Of a stretch of DNA of 64,000 nucleotides, positions 23,428 through 34,979 are shown in pieces (position 1 is the first letter of the stretch; the number at the start of each line of letters is the position of its first letter). The stretch comes from Schizochytrium sp. TIO01 (lineage: Eukaryota; Protista; Bigyra: Labyrinthulomycetes). Position numbers and translations under genes: made by a program. The notes beneath the pieces are model-generated. The model was not told the origin of the DNA and ran no database searches. It saw only the letters and a program-made list of their open reading frames with translations. The stretch is from NCBI GenBank assembly GCA_004764695.1, contig SMSO01000025.1, positions 5,682,862 through 5,746,861 of the forward strand, given 5' to 3'.

Positions 23428-24647
23428 CCTCTCATTGCTTCGTTCGCTCCACCGCACTTTCCCTTCGTGCCATCCCATGCCTCCTCGCAAAGCCCAATTG
23501 CCTTGCTTTCTGCCTCCACGCCAGCGCCCCGTCGCGCCTGGAGCTCGTGCCTCCTCAGTCTTCGCAGCTTCCGCCACCCGTACTGACTGTACTACTTTGC
23601 GCTGCCAAGGACTGTGCCGGGACCGCCATCATCGCCGTCATTGGCGCCGCCACATCGCCGACTCATCGCACCTCCTATGCTATACACTAGCACACGGGAC
23701 TGGCGTCACTTGTCTCGGGCCCGGTGTACACCTGGTTAGTAGGAGTCGTAAGCACGTATAGACTGAAGAATGTAGAGAGGTACCACAGATTAGTTTATTG
23801 GCTATTGCTTTCAGGTGGAGACAGTTTGAGCTTAGCTTTCGAGACGTTGGGATGAAACTCGGTTGGCTGGAGGAGCGAGAGCGCTTATTGGGCGTCGTGG
23901 ACGGGGAGGGCCTGTGGTGGATCGCGTTGGCGAGGCTTGATTGAGTCGGCGCGAGCAGAGCTTTTGGAGCGAGCAGCTGAAGCAGGTAGCCTGAATAACA
24001 CAGCTGGCTGAACAAAGCGACACCACAAAAGTAAATGACAATCATTGCATTTTCAGAATTGTTTCATTAAAATAATAATAAAATGTTTTACTTTTTAATT
24101 TTAAATAAACTTGCCAGTTATCTTCTTATACATATTTTAATTTAATTTTTTTTAAATTTAAAATATGATGTATATGTATTTAAATGATCACTGTCTAATA
24201 ATTAGTGCATAGGTACTCTTATTCTGGCATGAGATCATGATATTATTTTTTTAGCTTTCGTATTTTCTCTTCAAAGTTTACAAAAACAGCGACGAAAGAA
24301 AAGCGAAAGAAAAGGGAAAGAAATAGCACCAATGTTCCTCTCTCAAACAGAACGCTTCTGTGAATCGCCTCACTCAAAGAACGCTTAGGGCCTCGGAAGG
24401 TGGCCCCAAAGCCCTCAACCTTACTGTAAGCAAAAAGCCCAGTGACTTTCTACCCTACTGTGACCCTACCCACCCCTAGTATCTCTTCCTTTTGCCTAAA
24501 ACATAAACATTGAAAGCTTAAACAAACGCCCAGATACTAATGCCTCTTAGCACCTCGCTAGGCGCGACTACTGGCAGCTGTTTCTCTTAGTTTTCTATCT
24601 CCTGCTACTGCTTACTTACTGACTTCGTGCAATTAAAACAAATTGTA

Positions 24648-25024
24648 AAACAAACAAACAAACAAACAAACAAACAAACAAACAAACAAACAAACAAACA
24701 AACAAACAAACAAACAAACAAACAAACAAACAAACAAACAAACAAACAAACAAACAAACAAACAAACAAACAAACAAACAAACAAACAAACAAACAAACA
24801 AACAAACAAACAAACAAACAAACAAACAAACAAACAAACAAACAAACAAACAAACAAACAAACAAACAAACAAACAAACAAACAAACAAACAAACAAACA
24901 AACAAACAAACAAACAAACAAACAAACAAACAAACAAACAAACAAACAAACAAACAAACAAACAAACAAACAAACAAACAAACAAACAAACAAACAAACA
25001 AACAAACAAACAAACAAACAAACA
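24648..25024. repeat. Perfect (AAAC)n microsatellite, about 94 units
   Basis: Directly visible. It is the source of the spurious LFVC and KQTN ORFs. Confidence 0.99.
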
Positions 25025-26748
25025 GAAAAGCGCATAAGTTAAGACAGACCCGCTCGAACGAACGAACGAAGCGGTTGACTTCAGCCAAGCTGATTTCGCT
25101 TGGGTGCTTGGAGAGAGAGAGAGCCCTCTCTGGCCGTTCCCTGCCTGCGCCGCTGCTCCTTGCGGGCGCCGCTCCGACGCCACGCATGCGTGTCCTTCTG
25201 CACGCGATCCCACCAATCGATTGATTGGTTGATTGGACCCGCGCGAAGGAAAGGACTCCAAAGAAAGAAATCGCTGCTGCTTCGCCAATACATTTGCCGC
25301 CCAAGGAACGAGTCTTTTCTTTCCTCGCGTTCCGCCAACGCCTTGTCTCCGCCTCTTTGCCGCTGTAGCCATGCGACGAGCGCAAGATCCGTTCCGTTCC
25401 ACTTCGCTTGCCAGACGTTCTGTTCTTTCTGTTCTTTCTGTAGTGGTGTTCTGTTCTCTCGTTCCGTTCGTCGCTCACTCATTGTGGCTCGTTCGCGCAG
25501 AAGCGCAAAACAAGCGCTGGCGTTCCGCAGGAATTCGAGAGAGAGAGAGAGAGTTATGGCACTTGAGCCGGCCGAAGAGGCCGCCGGTGACGGCCTTGGT
25601 GGGTATAATGGTCGGCTTTGGGGCGGCCGCAGCAGGGTTCATTTGGGTGTTGGTGGAGAGGCGGCAAACTAGTGAAGAAGAGAGAAAGAAAAGGAACGCG
25701 CGAAAGAAAAGTTGGAACGCGATCAATGGATAAATTCAATCTCACTTACTTATCATACTTTTATTTATATCATATCATATATATATATATATATATTTAT
25801 TTATTTATTTATTTAAAATAAATAAATAAATAGAAAATTTATTTAATTTATTATTATTTATAAACTTTATTTTTAGTGGTTGAAGTTGATGAGTTTTTTA
25901 ACTATGCTCTTTTTCACTTTCTAAAATACAGTGGATTTAAAATATGCCAATAAAATGCAAAGTGTTTCAATAGGTCACTACAAAGCCAAGTCTGCATAAC
26001 TTGTGATGCTTTAAAAATCAAATCAGCTGACTCGGAGTTTCCACTATGATGAAAATAAAAACATGCAAAAGAAGTGAAGTGAAGTGAAAGAGAGGGAATA
26101 TTGATCCCTTTTCACTTTCACAGCATAAAAATACCTCCTATTATTCCCTCATGTACCTCATAGTGCATGCGAGACTCTCAGCAGAAGCGAATGGATTTGG
26201 GTCAATCAGTCAAATGCATCATCGCAGATTGATTGCAAAAATCCTTTCGAGTTCCAGATTACCTTGTCTCTCACCCGTTGCTCGGGGGCTTCTTTCTGCA
26301 CCTACCTACCTACTTGCGTTCGTTGCGCTGCCTTTGCAGACGGTTTTACAGCGCGATACGACGAAGAACCCAAGTCGAGGAGGAATCTATCCATTCTATA
26401 TCAAGATAGTGCTGTGCTATTTACTTTGGTTTTGGAATCTCTCTCTGTCCTGAGATGGGAAGGTTCGCTTGGTTCTGTTGGGTGACATTATAGACCCTGA
26501 ATACCGTGCGGAGATCGCGATGTCCTGTCGCAGAACGGCACAGTACGCGCCCGCTGCCGTCAGTCCGAAGCCACGCCGGAGCTGGCGCTTGTGCTCGCTC
26601 GCTGGCACCTCCTCTTCAAGACCTCTGCCGGCCTCAAGCCGGTCTTCGAGTTCTTGAAGAAGCTGCTTTCGTTGCCGAGCTTGCGATGTTTGTTTTCTCC
26701 ATATCATTTATTCATTCATTCATCTATTCATGAATTGAGGTAATACTT

Positions 26749-27079
26749 CATTTATTCATTTATTCATTTATTCATTTATTCATTTATTCATTTATTCATT
26801 TATTCATTTATTCATTTATTCATTTATTCATTTATTCATTTATTCATTTATTCATTTATTCATTTATTCATTTATTCATTTATTCATTTATTCATTTATT
26901 CATTTATTCATTTATTCATTTATTCATTTATTCATTTATTCATTTATTCATTTATTCATTTATTCATTTATTCATTCATTCATTTATTCATTTATTCATT
27001 TATTCATTTATTCATTTATTCATTTATTCATTTATTCATTCATTCATTTATTCATTTATTCATTCATTCATTCATTCAT
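26749..27079. repeat. (CATTTATT)n octamer array of about 40 units grading into (CATT)n
   Basis: Directly visible, and bracketed by two copies of ATTCATGAATTGAGGTRATACTT. Confidence 0.97.
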
Positions 27080-27373
27080 GAATTGAGGTGATACTTAGGT
27101 CCCACGATGTCCAACCTGAGCTTTTGAGTGAGCTCGAAATTCGCCATGATGCGATGGCAACGACAAAGTCAGTTTCAGGATCACGCCGTCCATGACGAGT
27201 GGCAAACCATCTCGAGCAATCAATCCATTGTGCGATGGATCGATCGATCGATCAACTTGCTTGGATGAACGGCCCATTCGCTCGCCCGCTCACTTCGAGT
27301 TTCTCCTCGGGATTCTCAATGTGATCCTCTGAGCGCTAGGCAACCTTAGCAGCTGCCTAGCACTCCCTTCTCA

Positions 27374-27414
27374 TAGATAGATAATAGATAGATAGATAGA
27401 TAGATAGACAGATA
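27374..27414. repeat. (TAGA)n microsatellite
   Basis: Directly visible, imperfect. Confidence 0.85.
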
Positions 27415-28757
27415 GCAGCGCAGCTCACAGAGTGTGTGCTCCTTCTCATCATCGCTATTCTTCGCATGGCGTGGACATCGATTGATTCGCTAATAAGAGT
27501 GATCGCGTGAGTGATGGGATTTACGATGAAGCAGGCATCAGGAATGAATCGTGAATTACGAAGCCTGACTGACTTGGGAGCCACGGGTGGTGAAAGAATA
27601 GAGATCGCCGATCGCCATGAGGCAACCAATCACGGATCAGGAATTACGAGTCATGAACGTGGACAGGCATGTATGAATGACGTACGAATTACGAGTTGTG
27701 AATTTTGAAGGTGACGGCAATGCTGATGGTCGAAGAACTCGAAGAACTAGTGGTACCGAGGTACTCTAACTAGAAGGAGGAGGAGGAGGAGCCAGAGAAG
27801 GCAGGCAGTTCTTTCCTCGCAAAGACAAGAGCAGCGTGCGTGACTGGTGCAAATGGTGTCCTTTGGGAGGTGACGGAGAACTTGGAGGGATTGCCTCTTC
27901 AGCTGGAACTTGGGTTGAGCTGACAAACGGTTTAGTTCGCCAGTCGCACTCTATTTCCATTCGATGGTTGCGGAGGTACCAGTCTCAGTAGTCAGACAGA
28001 CTGTTATCGAGAGTCAGGAGAAGTACTACCTACGTACGCACTCTCTACAGAGAACTCCTACGACGCTCACTTTCTCCATTGAAAATGTAAAAAAAAGGAA
28101 AGAAAAAAAGTTTGCGCTTTCTTTTTCAAACAAAGTTGTTCCTTCCTTCGCATTTCCACTCTTCAAGTTTGTTCTCCTAGCTTAAGCAGAAAAGCAAAGA
28201 CCAATGGTTTCTTTCTTCTTGGTCTTATTGTCCTCAAAAACAGTCACCTTCATTTGAAACATCAACAACAAATAGCACCAAACTCTGAACTCTGAACTCT
28301 GAAGAAAGAGAGAGAAAGACCGGCACCACCAGGACCTATGTAGTATAAAGATAGGAAAAGAACGAGCCCAAAAGAAAAAGTGGTGGTTGAGTGAGAGAGA
28401 GAGAGAGAGAGAGCGATTTCCTATTGATTGGCATTCCATTCGTTCATGACAACGCGACTAAGAAAGAGCGGGATGGGAAGACCTCTGCGGCGCGAGCAGT
28501 TTTAGCTGTCTATCTGTGGATGAGCACGGATGGCGATTGAGGAATCACAAATGACGGATGACGAGGCTCACTCAATGCAGAACTCACTCTGCTTCCATCT
28601 CTTGAAAAGGCCTTGGGCGCTATGTCCTACACATGAAGTTAGTTGTGCTCGTGCGAATGGCAAGAGCTGCTGCTGCGATGGGCTTGAGGAGAGCGCGGGA
28701 ATGGAAAGAACCCGATCTAACCACACTAATATTGCAATTCACAAAGTAAACCTGCCT

Positions 28758-28759
<2 letters not shown>

Positions 28760-28798
<39 letters not shown>
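28760..28798. repeat. Poly-T tract (39 nt) followed by an AT-rich block
   Basis: Directly visible. Confidence 0.95.
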
Positions 28799-28804
<6 letters not shown>

Positions 28805-29969
28805 AATAAATAAATTAAAATTTAAATGAAACTTAAAATTAAATTGAAATCAAATTAGACTTGAAAAAAATAGAGAGAAAAAAGAAATAGCTTTGTTCAA
28901 AGATTCTGTGTTACGGAATTGCTCTGTTGTAGCGTTCGAGCGATGCAAAAGAACCTCAGGTACCTAGGTCATTCGATGGGGTCATAATGGTGGCCAGGCT
29001 GTCTGATGCTCTGGCCGATCAGGCTTTGCACGTCGTTGGCACCTGGCCATGCACAATGCCAACGCATATCGCCACATCACAAGAAACACAATAAACACGC
29101 TGCGGGTGTTCTTTCTACTTTTCGCTTCATAACCTCTTTTGACGGTTCTTCACTCTATGCTTAGATTCTTTGACCTCTGGTGAGAGTAAAAGAATAAAGA
29201 AGAACAGACTCGTGCTAATCAATCTAATAATTTTATCTATGCCTCTATCTCTCTAACTAGAGAGTCATCCTGAAAGGAGAAGAGGAAAGGCTTTCCTTTC
29301 CTCTTGATTTTTTATAGTTGAAAGTGGATTGTCTCCATGAGTCTGAGGGGAGGAGGAGCGTGCCTTTGGGGAATCAGCCTTAGAAGGCCTTATACAAGTA
29401 CTATTTGCGCATTGTATATGATTCACTTTCTTTTAAAACGATCTATTTACAAAAACTAAAATGAAAATGAAAATGAAAAACACTTTTTCAAGGTTGTAAA
29501 CATTTGAACGGAAAGGAGTTGATGGTAATAGAAACATGGAAACGCAGCACTCTTCGTTCTTAATTACTAATACCGAAGTTCATAATAACTATATTGTAAA
29601 GAACAAGAGAACAGCGTACCGGTATTAAGAGATCGCGGTTGACATGCTTCTTGCATCTGTTTATTTGCATCTATGCATTAAATACCAATATATGGAGAAA
29701 GTAAAGGTGACATATTCATTTAAAAAACAAAAACAAAAAACATTATTTACAAATATTTAGTTTTAAAATTAACTTTTTGAAATTGTAAAAGAAGAACAAA
29801 TGAATAAATGAGTGAACTACGATTGTCGCTCGTCTGGTCATTCCCGCATCTCCCAATCCCATTCCATTCCTTTCCTCTCCACGCGTTTCCATTCTGGCAT
29901 TCCACTTTGCTCCGCCCATTGGACCCTGTGCAGTGCGCACATTGGCTACACCTCAGCTCCTTCGACGCT

Positions 29970-30012
29970 GAGCGAGTGAGTGAGTGAGTGAGTGAGTGAG
30001 TGAGTGAGCGAG
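29970..30012. repeat. (GAGT)n microsatellite upstream of the carrier gene
   Basis: Directly visible. Confidence 0.9.
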
Positions 30013-30357
30013 CGCTTCGGGAAAGAAGCGGAGAAAGAAAGAGACAGAAAGAGAGAGAGAAAGCAATTCGAAAAGAACAAAAAGTGAAGAAGGAGGAGAA
30101 GAAGAAGTCATCTCCAGTGCCAGCAAATATCGAAGTACTGCGAGACCCGCCTGCAGCAGGAGCGCTTCCCGCACAGCCGCTCGCCCTATCCAGAGACCGG
30201 GCCGGCAAGCTCCCACACATTTTCTCACGAAGCGAGCGAGAGACCAGCAGGCGTCAGCGCCTCAATACATTCATACGCTCGTTCATTCGTTCATCCACTC
30301 AACTATCACCACTGTGACCTTGAAGAGTGACTCATAAACAAATACTCATATCAATAT

Positions 30358-31959
30358 ATGACAGAGGAGCGCGACGCGGAGGCAGAAGCTGAGCGGAAGG
30401 ATCTTTTACAAGTTCAAAGAGAACAGGATCAACAAGCAGGCCAACAAACTCGGAAAATCCCGCACACAAGGGCGCAAGCAGAACCCGAATTGCTGCTACC
30501 CACTGGCATTCGTCACACCGAGATCTCCGGCGCACAAGAGCGTGAGCGACGTGAGCTGGCGGTGTTTGGCGGTGAGGAACTCGAAGATAAGCGTGGCGAA
30601 GGGTATAATTGGCAGAAATCGGAAATCCCTCAAGAGGACAAGGAGCTCAAGAACTACACATCATCCGATAGACATTTGCAACGAGGAATAACGGAGAACT
30701 TAAATCGGGAATCCGCTGTGGATCTTCTTGAAGAGCAGAATACTTCTGAGGTAGAAAACATGCAGCAACTGCAGAGAGCGAACTCAGCTGGCCCGAGGAC
30801 ATCATCGGCGAGCGCAGCCGTAGCAACGGTGGTCTCGTCCTCGACATCCTCAGCTTCGCAAAGTACCGGGGCGACGAGCGCCGGATCTGCCTCGGCCTCA
30901 GCCTCGGGTGCCGCACCTTCGGGCGGTGAACTTACACTCACGCAGCGAGCCTTGTCGGCCTCCGTGGGTGCGCTGCTCACCTCCATGCTGGTGACGCCTC
31001 TCGATGTCGTGAAAACAAGAATGCAGGCCCAAGCCCAGCAATTTGAGTACATCAATGCACGATCTCCAGCAGCCTGTGTGCGTTGCACGCATTACCAGTT
31101 TAACAATGGCCTCCTCGATGTGATGCTCCCAAAAGAAACTGTAAACCACACCCTGCGTGAATGTCCATACCATCTCCACAACACTGCCGACGCCTTGTAC
31201 AAAATCACAAAATACGAAGGCGTGTCTGCCTTGTACAATGGTCTGCGCCCAAGTTTGATCATGGCTGTACCTTCCACTGTGCTATACTTTTCATGCTACG
31301 ATTACCTTCGTAACACCTACAGAGATGAGTTTGGCTTCAGTCGCACTGCTGCGGCCCTTACCGCTGGTAGTTCTGCACGCGTCATTGCTGCAACCGTTAT
31401 CTCGCCTCTTGAGTTGGTGCGAACTAAGATGCAGGCAAGCAACACTCCGCAAACAATCCAGCACCTTGTCTCAACTCAGATTCAACGTAAGGGCTTCACT
31501 TCGTTATGGCAGGGTCTTACGCCCACCCTCTTTCGCGATGTCCCTTTTAGTGCAATTTACTGGGCTGTTGTGGAGCGCAGCAAGGAAGTGTACCGCCCAA
31601 AGGTAATCGAATGGCTTCACAGCCGCTATGGAACGTCACAGAGCACTTTGGAAGAGTTCACGACCTCCTTCTTGGCTGGTGCAACCGGTGGGATGATCGC
31701 TGCGACACTTACCAACCCCTTTGACGTGATCAAAACTCGCCGCCAGGTCTTTGACTACGCCCCAGATGTGCCTCCCGAGGTTTTGCGCAAGGAAAGTTCG
31801 ACAATTCACATCGCGCGCAAGATTATGGCCACAGAAGGCTCCAGTGGTTTCATGGTAGGCCTCACTCCCCGTCTTGCGAAAACTATGCCTGCCTGTGCAA
31901 TCATGCTCAGCTCCTACGAGGCTGCAAAGCGGGTTTTTGCGAATGAGAATGAGGCATAA
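30358..31959 (+). CDS. SLC25A40: Mitochondrial carrier, SLC25A39/40 (Mtm1) subfamily; alternative start at 30760
   Basis: Three carrier signatures (PLDVVKTR, PLELVRTK, PFDVIKTR). Subfamily motifs MAVPSTVLYFSCYD, RDVPFSAIYW and PACAIMLSSYE, plus a Cys-containing loop 1 with FNNGLLD. Confidence 0.9.
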   Translation: MTEERDAEAEAERKDLLQVQREQDQQAGQQTRKIPHTRAQAEPELLLPTGIRHTEISGAQERERRELAVFGGEELEDKRGEGYNWQKSEIPQEDKELKNYTSSDRHLQRGITENLNRESAVDLLEEQNTSEVENMQQLQRANSAGPRTSSASAAVATVVSSSTSSASQSTGATSAGSASASASGAAPSGGELTLTQRALSASVGALLTSMLVTPLDVVKTRMQAQAQQFEYINARSPAACVRCTHYQFNNGLLDVMLPKETVNHTLRECPYHLHNTADALYKITKYEGVSALYNGLRPSLIMAVPSTVLYFSCYDYLRNTYRDEFGFSRTAAALTAGSSARVIAATVISPLELVRTKMQASNTPQTIQHLVSTQIQRKGFTSLWQGLTPTLFRDVPFSAIYWAVVERSKEVYRPKVIEWLHSRYGTSQSTLEEFTTSFLAGATGGMIAATLTNPFDVIKTRRQVFDYAPDVPPEVLRKESSTIHIARKIMATEGSSGFMVGLTPRLAKTMPACAIMLSSYEAAKRVFANENEA

Positions 31960-33322
31960 TTGTGCTACCTTTCGGACTCGTTGCCCACAATCTGTTATAT
32001 TGGATAGAACACGTTGAATCGGAGAACGGAAAATGAGAAAACATTCTTGTTATCACTAGACATGGGACCCCTCTGATTAGAACACGATAGCAAGCAACCC
32101 ACGGCACTTAAAGCGAGGACAGCATTTCAAAGTCCTATCGCTTTGTTTTGCTTTCTTCCTTCTCGTTTACTTTGTTATTCTCACAAAATACAGCTGAACT
32201 ACAAAGATTTTGACGAGAAAGAACTTTTTCGTTCTCTCTTCACTACATGCTTCTTTTCTTTCCTCGTGTGGATTTCTAACATCACCCTCAATCCATATAA
32301 TGACCACGGAGTTTTCTTTGCGCAGCAATAGTCGAATGGGTCCTCATTCGAACCCTCTGATGTCCTTCATACAAAGACAAAGAACTTCGGAACTTCCCTC
32401 TACGATACGTAAAAATACACTTTGACCCGCAGTCGCTCATAAAACCCTGGCTCCCAATATCAAAGGGCGAAAAGAATCAAAGTCTCTCTTCTTTGAACCT
32501 TCTGTGTTTGGTAACAACACGTTTCTTATGTTTAGATAGTTACTAGACAGCTTTCATCCATGTCATTGAACACGCTCACAAGAGAAACGCTGCTGTTTCG
32601 CCCACTTCGCTCTTTAGGTGTGTTTTTCTATCGCCTTCTATCCTCACTCTCCAAGACGTGAATAAATTACCCCTTTGGTCGATAGAAATCACGGTCACCC
32701 TCCTCTTTCAAATATCAATAGGCGCAACAAGGAGCGATGAGTAACAAATCTCTCATTGCATTTGCTCAAATCTTGACAAAATATCTTTTTTAGTCTCTCG
32801 GCAGAGCTTTGCAATAGGAAGCTTTGAGAATGAACTGCCAGAATATAGCATTCAAACTCGAGCACAAATGTGAGTGCATGACCTAGATGGTAAATATGGA
32901 TGTTTGATTCGCAAGACACGTAATTAAACAATGCATCCTAGACGAAATGAACGTTAATCGCTGGACCTCCACAAAGCCAACTGTAAAAAGGACGCATCTC
33001 ATAGACTGAGTTGCAAGTTCTTTTTGTTTGTAACATTCCATCTTTCCTCGTTTTTCATTTTCAACTGATATGGATGGGTTCACCATACATAATAACAAGC
33101 AAGGGATCAACGAGCGATGTTTGGGAAATTGAGCAGAGCAAATGTGCCAGTTTCTACGGCAGCTAGCTAGAGCAGCTGGCGCGTTTAACTGGTACCGTAG
33201 CTATCGGAATTATTACTACATACATAAATGTTTTCTTTCTTTCTTTCTTTCTTATGTTTTTGTTGTTCATCTTGTTGATGGTATTGACTAGATGTGTGAC
33301 GTCTTGTCCATACTCCTCCGAA

Positions 33323-33952
33323 TTAGGCACCCACAGGCTTTGTAGGCTCCTGAATTGCAACCATGGTAAAGTTAGAGCCTGGGGCGACAATCATCTCGTA
33401 GTTCCGTGTCTTTAAGCGCAAGCACTCAACCTCATTCTATTAAAATGCCTTTGGGTCAGTGTTCTGAGCAGCTAAAAGTGCTGAATGCGCATCCTCCCAG
33501 AAAAAATACTTCATGTTAGGGGTTTTGCGAAGCAAATCAACTTACATTTGGTGGCGCCAAAAGGTCTTGGCAGCCCTGTGAACAGTGGTTCACCAAGTTT
33601 GCCATGGTTCCTGCAAGTTGTACACACTTACGATAGCCGCCATCGCCTTCTTCACTGGGCCAGCCCTCGTATCGGAGCACAATTCCGTCCTTGTTATAGA
33701 TTACATATCGAGTGATATTTTCGATCGCCATGACCCGCTTGACGACCTCATCAACCTCACTGCCCTGCTGCCCTGCTGCTGCCTGTTACCGTGATGTTTT
33801 CACATGTCGTACAACATATCCCAAGTAGATGTCAGCTGGCCAATACTCTCTTCTCGTGTCTGGTTCTGCATTTCTGCAAACTGAAATCGTCCACAACCTC
33901 AAGCACTACAAGTCCCCGTCGTCTGAGTCAACCCAGTAGCAACACGTACCAT
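33323..33952 (-). CDS. DYNLRB: Dynein light chain roadblock/LC7; complement(join(33323..33436,33546..33782,33950..33952)), 117 aa
   Basis: Reads M|AAAGQQGSEVDEVVKRVMAIENITRYVIYNKDGIVLRY...CQDLLAPPN|NEVECLRLKTRNYEMIVAPGSNFTMVAIQEP. Donors GTACGT and GTAAGT and acceptors CAG and TAG are all phase 0. Confidence 0.88.
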
Positions 33953-34979
33953 TTTAGCTCCGGTGTCCTCTACTACCGTGCCAGCTCTCTGCTAAGGCTA
34001 TGCTTGTTTGCACGATACTTCCCTGGAGCAAGCGCTACTTTTGCCTCAAGTTCTGCTTTGCACGAGACTCTAAGTTGACTAATTCGACCGTTGAGAACTG
34101 GAACGGAACACTATAGAACACCCTATATCATTGCCGGGGTTTTCATTAAATTTAATTTACCTCGCAAAGTATACCATTAAAAAGAATCACACAATCGAGC
34201 TATGTTGCATGGTTACTATTGAAGGCTATCGGCTAAGAAACATGAAAGAGTAGTAGTAGCATACGAAAATATGGTTTTCGCGTTAAACGTGAATGGAAAA
34301 AAACTTAAGGAGGGATCGTTCCTTTAATTCAAACGAATGCGCAAGTGACCAACAGCTGCCCAGTTGACAAGAAATATCTATTGTTTAAATCATACTATTC
34401 TTCTTTAAAACGAATTGGAGGATATATCATACATTAAAATACAAAGACAAAGTGATCTTTGATGACACGTAAACTCTTCGGAAGGAATATTTAGAGCTGT
34501 ATTTGCATGTCAATCGATGCACAGTCCCTTTGCTATTCTATATGAGTATATATATTTAATGAAAAATTTATCCTGCAAATGTTTTATTCACACTTGGCAA
34601 GATTGCGATCTTCCCAGTTGCTATTGCAAGTGAAACCTTTCTCTCTTTGTGAAGTTCAGATCGAATGTTCGAATATAATTCTCACAGAGTCTTGGACTTC
34701 AGACTTTTCGCACAAATTTACGCGTAGGTGGAAAACCTTTCTACAAAAGCTAAAATAACAAGGCCTCCCATGTCAACTAAACATTTGGTGGGGAATGAGA
34801 TGGAATGACAATTTTAGGATAATGGCCTAAATATAAAACAAAGAGACTTATAAACGGATCGTTTTATTATATGATGCTCTTGTGGAAAACGGAGGACCGA
34901 CCTGTGCAAGCGTAATCCGTGCCGAAGTGGCGTACCCAAGGAAGACCAGCCAGAGGCTCTAATCAAGCTCTCTGGAAGA

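Noticed and set aside
24605-25478. ORFs with (LFVC)n or (KQTN)n repeats
   Set aside because: They are translations of the AAAC microsatellite, which has no stop codon in any frame.
25371-25733. Small ORF with two hydrophobic segments (MRRAQDPF...KKSWNAING)
   Set aside because: It spans simple repeats, has competing ORFs in several frames, and shows no recognisable homology.
26726-27096. CRISPR-like or telomeric interpretation of the repeat arrays
   Set aside because: There are no unique spacers and no TTAGGG-type unit, and the context is eukaryotic.
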